Assembly: GCA_001784725.1 (NCBI GenBank)
Contig: MFRX01000009.1
Location: 22,335 to 68,414, forward strand
Direction: 5' to 3'
DNA: 46,080 nucleotides
Origin: Candidatus Moranbacteria bacterium RIFCSPHIGHO2_02_FULL_40_12b
Lineage (GTDB): Bacteria > Patescibacteriota > Minisyncoccia > Moranbacterales > 2-12-FULL-40-10
The notes beneath the pieces were generated by a model. The model worked only from the letters and a program-made list of their open reading frames with translations. It was not told the origin of the DNA and did no database searches. The first letter of the stretch is position 1, and each line of letters starts with the position of its first letter. Shown here in pieces: positions 41,566 to 46,080 of this stretch. The position numbers and the translations under genes are program-made.

Positions 41566-42789
41566 ATGAAGACACTTTTGATAAAAATCGGGAAAGCGTT
41601 TACCACCATGAGACGGGAAGGGGTTATAAAAGGAGGGAAAAGGGTTTTTTCCGCGTTTTTTGCGATGTTTCGGTTTGTCGGGAGAGGGGACATTCTTTTC
41701 ATTACCGGTGGTGTGGGTGACAGCGCACTTTATCGCTGCCACCATACCGCGGAAGAACTGGAAATTCATGGATTTAAATGTTCGATTACCGTCCAGGACA
41801 ATCCATTTCTTCCGTCATACGCGAATAAATTCAACATTTTTATTTTCCACAGAGTTCTGTTTACGCCTAGCGTCGCGAAACTTATCAAAAGGGCAAAACA
41901 ACAAAAAAAAGAAATTATCTTTGAAACGGATGATTTGGTTTTTGATCCGAAATACCTCACGCATATGGACTACTTTAACCAAATGAACATGTTTGAAAAA
42001 ATGCTCTATGAAAACGGCGTGGGAGGCGAAATTTTAAGAGACCCTTACGTTAAAGTATGCACAACCACGACATCTTACCTCGCGGATAAATTAAAGGAGT
42101 ATGATAAAAAAGTTTTTGTTTCCAAAAATAAATTATCCAATCGCGACATGGAAATCGCTAATGTCATTCTGAGCGAGCGGAAGCGAGTCGAAGAATCTAA
42201 TAAAAATAAAATTAGATCCCTCGACAATGCTCGGGATGACAAAATAATTAAAATTGGATATTTCAGTGGCACACTCTCCCACAATAAGGACTTCGCTACT
42301 ATCATTAACGCTCTGACGCGAATTATGGAAAAATATCCGCAGGTGGAACTATTTTTAGCCGGACCGCTGGACATTGAAAATAAATTAAATAAATTCAAAA
42401 ACAGAATCAAACAATTCCCGCGCGTTTCGCGGGATAAATATTTTGAAAATATTTCCCAAGTTGACATCAACCTCGCGCCTTTAGAAATTAATAATCCTTT
42501 CTGCGAGGCCAAATCGGAACTTAAATGGTTTGAAGCCGGAATTGTCGGCGTGCCGACGGTAGTCGTGAAAAACCGGACTTTTTCTGAAGTGATTAAGGAT
42601 GGAGTGGACGGATTTTTGGCCGGCGATACCGAAGAATGGGTAGGCAAGTTGGAAAAGCTTATCCTGGATGAAAATTTGAGGCGGGAAATAGGCCAGAAAG
42701 CGCGGGAAAAGTCATTGCAAAATTATACTAATAAAAATAGCCATAATGAAGGATATTATAATTATTTAAGGCAGATTATTGATAAATGA
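41566..42789 (+). CDS. Putative GT-B fold glycosyltransferase with an in-frame repeat-element insertion
   Basis: 407 aa. C-terminal CEAKSELKWFEAGIVGVPTVV...DGVDGFLA resembles GT1/GT4 donor-binding domains. Confidence 0.6.
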   Translation: MKTLLIKIGKAFTTMRREGVIKGGKRVFSAFFAMFRFVGRGDILFITGGVGDSALYRCHHTAEELEIHGFKCSITVQDNPFLPSYANKFNIFIFHRVLFTPSVAKLIKRAKQQKKEIIFETDDLVFDPKYLTHMDYFNQMNMFEKMLYENGVGGEILRDPYVKVCTTTTSYLADKLKEYDKKVFVSKNKLSNRDMEIANVILSERKRVEESNKNKIRSLDNARDDKIIKIGYFSGTLSHNKDFATIINALTRIMEKYPQVELFLAGPLDIENKLNKFKNRIKQFPRVSRDKYFENISQVDINLAPLEINNPFCEAKSELKWFEAGIVGVPTVVVKNRTFSEVIKDGVDGFLAGDTEEWVGKLEKLILDENLRREIGQKAREKSLQNYTNKNSHNEGYYNYLRQIIDK

Positions 42790-42840
42790 ATAATGAATTA
42801 TGTCCTGTGGATAACTTTTTTGTAATTAGCGCGTTTTTAT

Positions 42841-42848
42841 TGTATAAT
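42841..42848 (+). promoter_or_regulatory. Extended -10 element TGTATAAT upstream of the surface-protein gene
   Basis: TGnTATAAT match 53 nt before the ATG at 42901. Confidence 0.35.
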
Positions 42849-42900
42849 ACTATCAGAAGATTCTTAACTTTAACGAAGAATAGGGGGGGGCGAAACAAAA

Positions 42901-45900
42901 ATGAAAATTAAAGAATCCGGAGTTTTTCGAAACTCCAAGGCGAAAATATTAATCGCGCTGTTTTTGGTTGTCGGCGCTTTTTTTATTTTCTGGGCGATTA
43001 ATAAATCGCAAGCCGGAAATATTTCCGGAATCGCAGTTTCCGTTTCCAGCGCCACTCCAGACGCGACAGGCGTGGTTTATACAATTGCGCTTACTCCCGC
43101 TTCTGCTATTCCCGCGGACGGCTCAATTCATGTCCAGTTTCGCTATCGGGAAGGACACGTTACTTTAATTAGCGGCAACCCTTCAAAAGAAGCCGGCACC
43201 TACGGATCAATTAATAATTTGCTTTGGGTAAGCAATAATGAATTTTACGCGACGGTTACCGACGAAGTTGCCGGCGGCACCGCGCTGACGATAAAAGCGG
43301 GCGGACTGCAAAATCCGTTTCAGGCGGGAGAATATTCCGCGGTTGTATGGACAGCCAATAATTCCGGCGCTGCCATTGATGGGTCCCAGCTTTCAAATTC
43401 AACCAGCCGGGATTATTACACGATTGGAACTCCAGTTGTGATCGGAAGAGTGACTGATCCCAGCGTTGCCGCGGTTTCCGGAGCGTGGGTCAACGCGCAC
43501 ACGACCGGAAATAATCCGCAATGGGGTGGGGGCAGTACGGACGAACTTGGTTATTATTCTATTGGAAACATAGGAGGCAGTACGCCGGCCAACGGCACGG
43601 ATCTGAAAATTAACGCGTTTGCTCCCAATCAAAACGCTGAACTGGGGCAGACCGATGAAGAACAAATTACCTTTAACGGTTCGACTATTACAAAAAATAT
43701 CCAATTTACCGCTTCTACTAAGACCATTACCGGCCGGGTAGTGGATGATGATGGCGCAGCGATAAACGGAGCGCGCGTCAATCTTTGGAAAGTGGACGGG
43801 ATGGGATGGTCGCAGACCACGACTGATTCCAGCGGGGATTATGAGGTTTTGGTAAAAGGCGGCCGCTGGGATGTTATGCCGCAGGCGGATAACGATGATG
43901 ACTGGGCTTATGGCCAGCCGCCAACCAGTGTGATTTTTGCCGGTGACGATTCAGTGGAATCACAGACGGTTAATTTTACGGTTATGAACGCCAGTTCCAC
44001 CCTCACGGGGTCAATTCGCCTGCCAAACGGCTCGGTTCCTGATAATCCGCAGAATTTTTGGGTGAATGCGCACGCGATGATGATGGGCGCGGGCACGCAA
44101 CTGGGAAATGACGGGAACTTTACTCTTAATCTGCCAGCCGGAACCTATATGGTTGAAATTTTTGACCAGGGCCAGAATTACGCGGTTCCGGAAATGGCGC
44201 CAGTGACGATAAATGAAAACGAAACGAAAAATGTCGGAACCATAACGCTCATTAACCGCGACGCGACCATTCAAGGAAGGGCCACGGACCAGAATGGAAA
44301 TCCAGTGGCTAATCAGCGGCTGAACGCTTTTATGATGATGAAAGGCGGCGGTGGCGGTGGAGGCGGCTGGGCGGAAGATACCACGGACGCGAACGGAGAT
44401 TTTTCCATGAAGGTTTTCCCCGGGCGCTGGATAGTGCATGTTCCCAACTGGGGAAATGATGGCGATACCAGCCAGTATGTTTTGGACGGCAACCCCACGG
44501 AAGTCAAAGTGAGTTCCGGACAAACCGCCACCGTTAATATAAGCTTGGTTGAAACCAGCGCTACGATTTCCGGAAATATCGTTGATCCTGATGGCAATCC
44601 GATTTCGGAAATGTATGGCTGGGTATTCGCCGATCAGGCGGGTGATGATGCGTTTTTTGGGCCGGGCTTGGGGGACGCCGTGAGTTTCGGCCAGTTTTCT
44701 TTCGATGTTCCGCCCGGCACTTATGAAATAGGACTGGGTCCGATGCCCGGTTCGGGGTATTCAGCGGGAGATATTACTGAAGTCACCGTGGCCGATGGGG
44801 AAACGGCCACCCAAAATATTACAGTGTATCCCAGCGACATGACAATCATCGGAACTATCCGGGACGAAAACGGCAACGCGGTTACTGGCGTCTTTATGGA
44901 TATTTTCGCCACTAATGACAATGGCGGCTGGCAGAACGCGATGATTAACCAGTCAAACGGAACCTATGAAATGGCCGTGGCATCCGCGGTTGATCCGTGG
45001 AGCATCGGTTATTTCGTGGATCCCAGCTCCGGATATTTCTCTGAAAAATTGACTGATAGCTCCATTTCCGGAAATTCGGGAGATACGATAACTAAAAATA
45101 TAACCGTCCGGACTGCCAACGCGACAATTTCAGGGCAGGTTACCGACAATAGCGGATCTCCGATGAGTGATGTATTCGTGTTCGCGGATAACCGCACGGC
45201 AGGGTATGACCGCCAGGGAGCGGAATTTATGGGACCGATGTTCATGGGTGACAATATGACGGACGCCAATGGAAATTTCTCCGTTAATGTTCCGGCCGGC
45301 ACTTATAATGTCGGCGCGTCGCTTCCCCGCGATATCCGGTCAGAGCTCATTAATCCGGAACGGGTTCAGGTGACGGTGGCGGCTAATGGAACCGCGACTG
45401 CCAATCTAGCTTTCAAAAGCGCGGATATTGAAGTGGCCGGAACAGTCAACTTGGACGGAAGCCCGCAGGAAGACGCCTATGTCTGGGCCTGGTCGGAAGA
45501 AGGCGGATATACTGAAGCGCAGGCCGATGACAGCGGAAATTACATTTTAAACGTAACCGCGGATGACAATTGGCACATCGGGACTAATAGCGACGTGGTG
45601 GATTCCACGAATTACGTGAGATCGGAAGAATATATAATCGACACCAGCACGGCGGATAGTTTTAACCAGGATATTAATTTGGAAACAGTGGTTGGTGGCT
45701 TAGCTGATCCCGTCACAACATCTTTTGATCCGGCTAATGCCAAAGTGTCTAACTTAAGCGACGGGAGCCAGATAACTATTCCGGCTAACGCGATGGGAGA
45801 CGCGGACACCGTGACGCTCAATGCTTCCACCACTTCCGAACTTCCCCGCACTACCAATGCCAAACCGATCGGCACCGGGCTGGAGCTGACGGCGATGGAA

Positions 45901-46080
45901 GAAGACGGAACTTCCATAACCTCGTTCGATTCCGACGTGAGCATCACTCTGCCTTACGATGAAACGGTTCTTGATGATTTGAGAATTACCGAAGACGATC
46001 TGGTGGCGGCGTATTGGGATGAAACCAATGGCGTATGGCAGCCGCTGGACAACTACACGATTGACAAAGAAAATAATTTA
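42901..46080 (+). CDS. Large secreted or surface protein with repeated carboxypeptidase-regulatory-like (CarboxypepD_reg/Cna-B-type) beta-sandwich modules; 3' end outside the window
   Basis: Open frame of 1060 codons from ATG 42901 to the window edge (hand-translated; absent from the ORF track because no stop is reached). Signal anchor ILIALFLVVGAFFIFWA. At least 8 repeats of the pattern (I/V)xGx(V/I)xDxxGxP(V/I)xxxxV, for example ITGRVVDDDGAAINGARVNLW and ISGQVTDNSGSPMSDVFVFA. Confidence 0.8.
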   Translation, partial: MKIKESGVFRNSKAKILIALFLVVGAFFIFWAINKSQAGNISGIAVSVSSATPDATGVVYTIALTPASAIPADGSIHVQFRYREGHVTLISGNPSKEAGTYGSINNLLWVSNNEFYATVTDEVAGGTALTIKAGGLQNPFQAGEYSAVVWTANNSGAAIDGSQLSNSTSRDYYTIGTPVVIGRVTDPSVAAVSGAWVNAHTTGNNPQWGGGSTDELGYYSIGNIGGSTPANGTDLKINAFAPNQNAELGQTDEEQITFNGSTITKNIQFTASTKTITGRVVDDDGAAINGARVNLWKVDGMGWSQTTTDSSGDYEVLVKGGRWDVMPQADNDDDWAYGQPPTSVIFAGDDSVESQTVNFTVMNASSTLTGSIRLPNGSVPDNPQNFWVNAHAMMMGAGTQLGNDGNFTLNLPAGTYMVEIFDQGQNYAVPEMAPVTINENETKNVGTITLINRDATIQGRATDQNGNPVANQRLNAFMMMKGGGGGGGGWAEDTTDANGDFSMKVFPGRWIVHVPNWGNDGDTSQYVLDGNPTEVKVSSGQTATVNISLVETSATISGNIVDPDGNPISEMYGWVFADQAGDDAFFGPGLGDAVSFGQFSFDVPPGTYEIGLGPMPGSGYSAGDITEVTVADGETATQNITVYPSDMTIIGTIRDENGNAVTGVFMDIFATNDNGGWQNAMINQSNGTYEMAVASAVDPWSIGYFVDPSSGYFSEKLTDSSISGNSGDTITKNITVRTANATISGQVTDNSGSPMSDVFVFADNRTAGYDRQGAEFMGPMFMGDNMTDANGNFSVNVPAGTYNVGASLPRDIRSELINPERVQVTVAANGTATANLAFKSADIEVAGTVNLDGSPQEDAYVWAWSEEGGYTEAQADDSGNYILNVTADDNWHIGTNSDVVDSTNYVRSEEYIIDTSTADSFNQDINLETVVGGLADPVTTSFDPANAKVSNLSDGSQITIPANAMGDADTVTLNASTTSELPRTTNAKPIGTGLELTAMEEDGTSITSFDSDVSITLPYDETVLDDLRITEDDLVAAYWDETNGVWQPLDNYTIDKENNL

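Noticed and set aside
1-46080. Alternative genetic code (UGA recoding, as in some CPR lineages)
   Set aside because: Long ORFs end cleanly at TGA (for example murB). RF2, which reads UGA, is present, and its autoregulatory site uses an in-frame TGA. The standard code 11 fits all genes.

Overview
AT-rich, gene-dense window. Gene content and repeat style suggest a reduced Patescibacteria/CPR-type bacterium (inference). It uses the standard genetic code: TGA acts as a stop and prfB is present.

Backbone genes: a GT4 glycosyltransferase, a P-type ATPase, murB, hpf, secA, two Nudix genes, secD and secF, a GGDEF protein, a DsbA-like protein, a histidine kinase, and a porG-porD-porA-(extra ORF)-porB oxidoreductase operon. 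These are followed by tRNA-Thr(CGU), a rubrerythrin-like protein, a ZIP transporter, an HD/dGTPase-like protein, prfB with its +1 frameshift, ftsEX and tRNA-Gln(CUG). The window ends with an envelope-glycosylation cluster (GT-B enzymes, a PMT/ArnT-like enzyme, a membrane-anchored Clp-like AAA+ protein) and the 5' part of a surface protein longer than 1060 aa.

Main candidate system: a roughly 3.9-kb island (about 8858..12808) sits in the 5' end of the second Nudix gene. It is bounded by 57/71-nt direct repeats that share a 41-nt exact core. It has no recognisable integrase or transposase.
- It encodes a 213-aa protein with RAMP-like (Cas5/Cas6/Cas7-type) motifs, a 69-aa ORF and a 594-aa XPD/DinG-type Fe-S helicase.
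- All three ORFs are embedded in locally GC-rich non-coding DNA that contains nine hairpin modules of one family (GGGGCAG ... CTGCCA base, variable inner stem with compensatory changes).
- The gene set recalls type IV CRISPR-Cas (RAMP proteins plus DinG/Csf4), but there is no CRISPR array, no cas1/cas2 and no large subunit. I treat it as a possibly undescribed RNA-associated accessory or defence module.

Secondary observations:
- a second segment next to tRNA-Gln, flanked by a 15-nt direct repeat, with a 451-aa unknown protein
- an ArsR-like gene bracketed by identical 40-nt perfect palindromes
- several families of small palindromic elements, some inserted in frame in coding genes
- a parvulin PPIase domain inside SecD
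- an acidic ORF splitting the por operon
- a Clp-like ATPase with a degenerate first ATPase module
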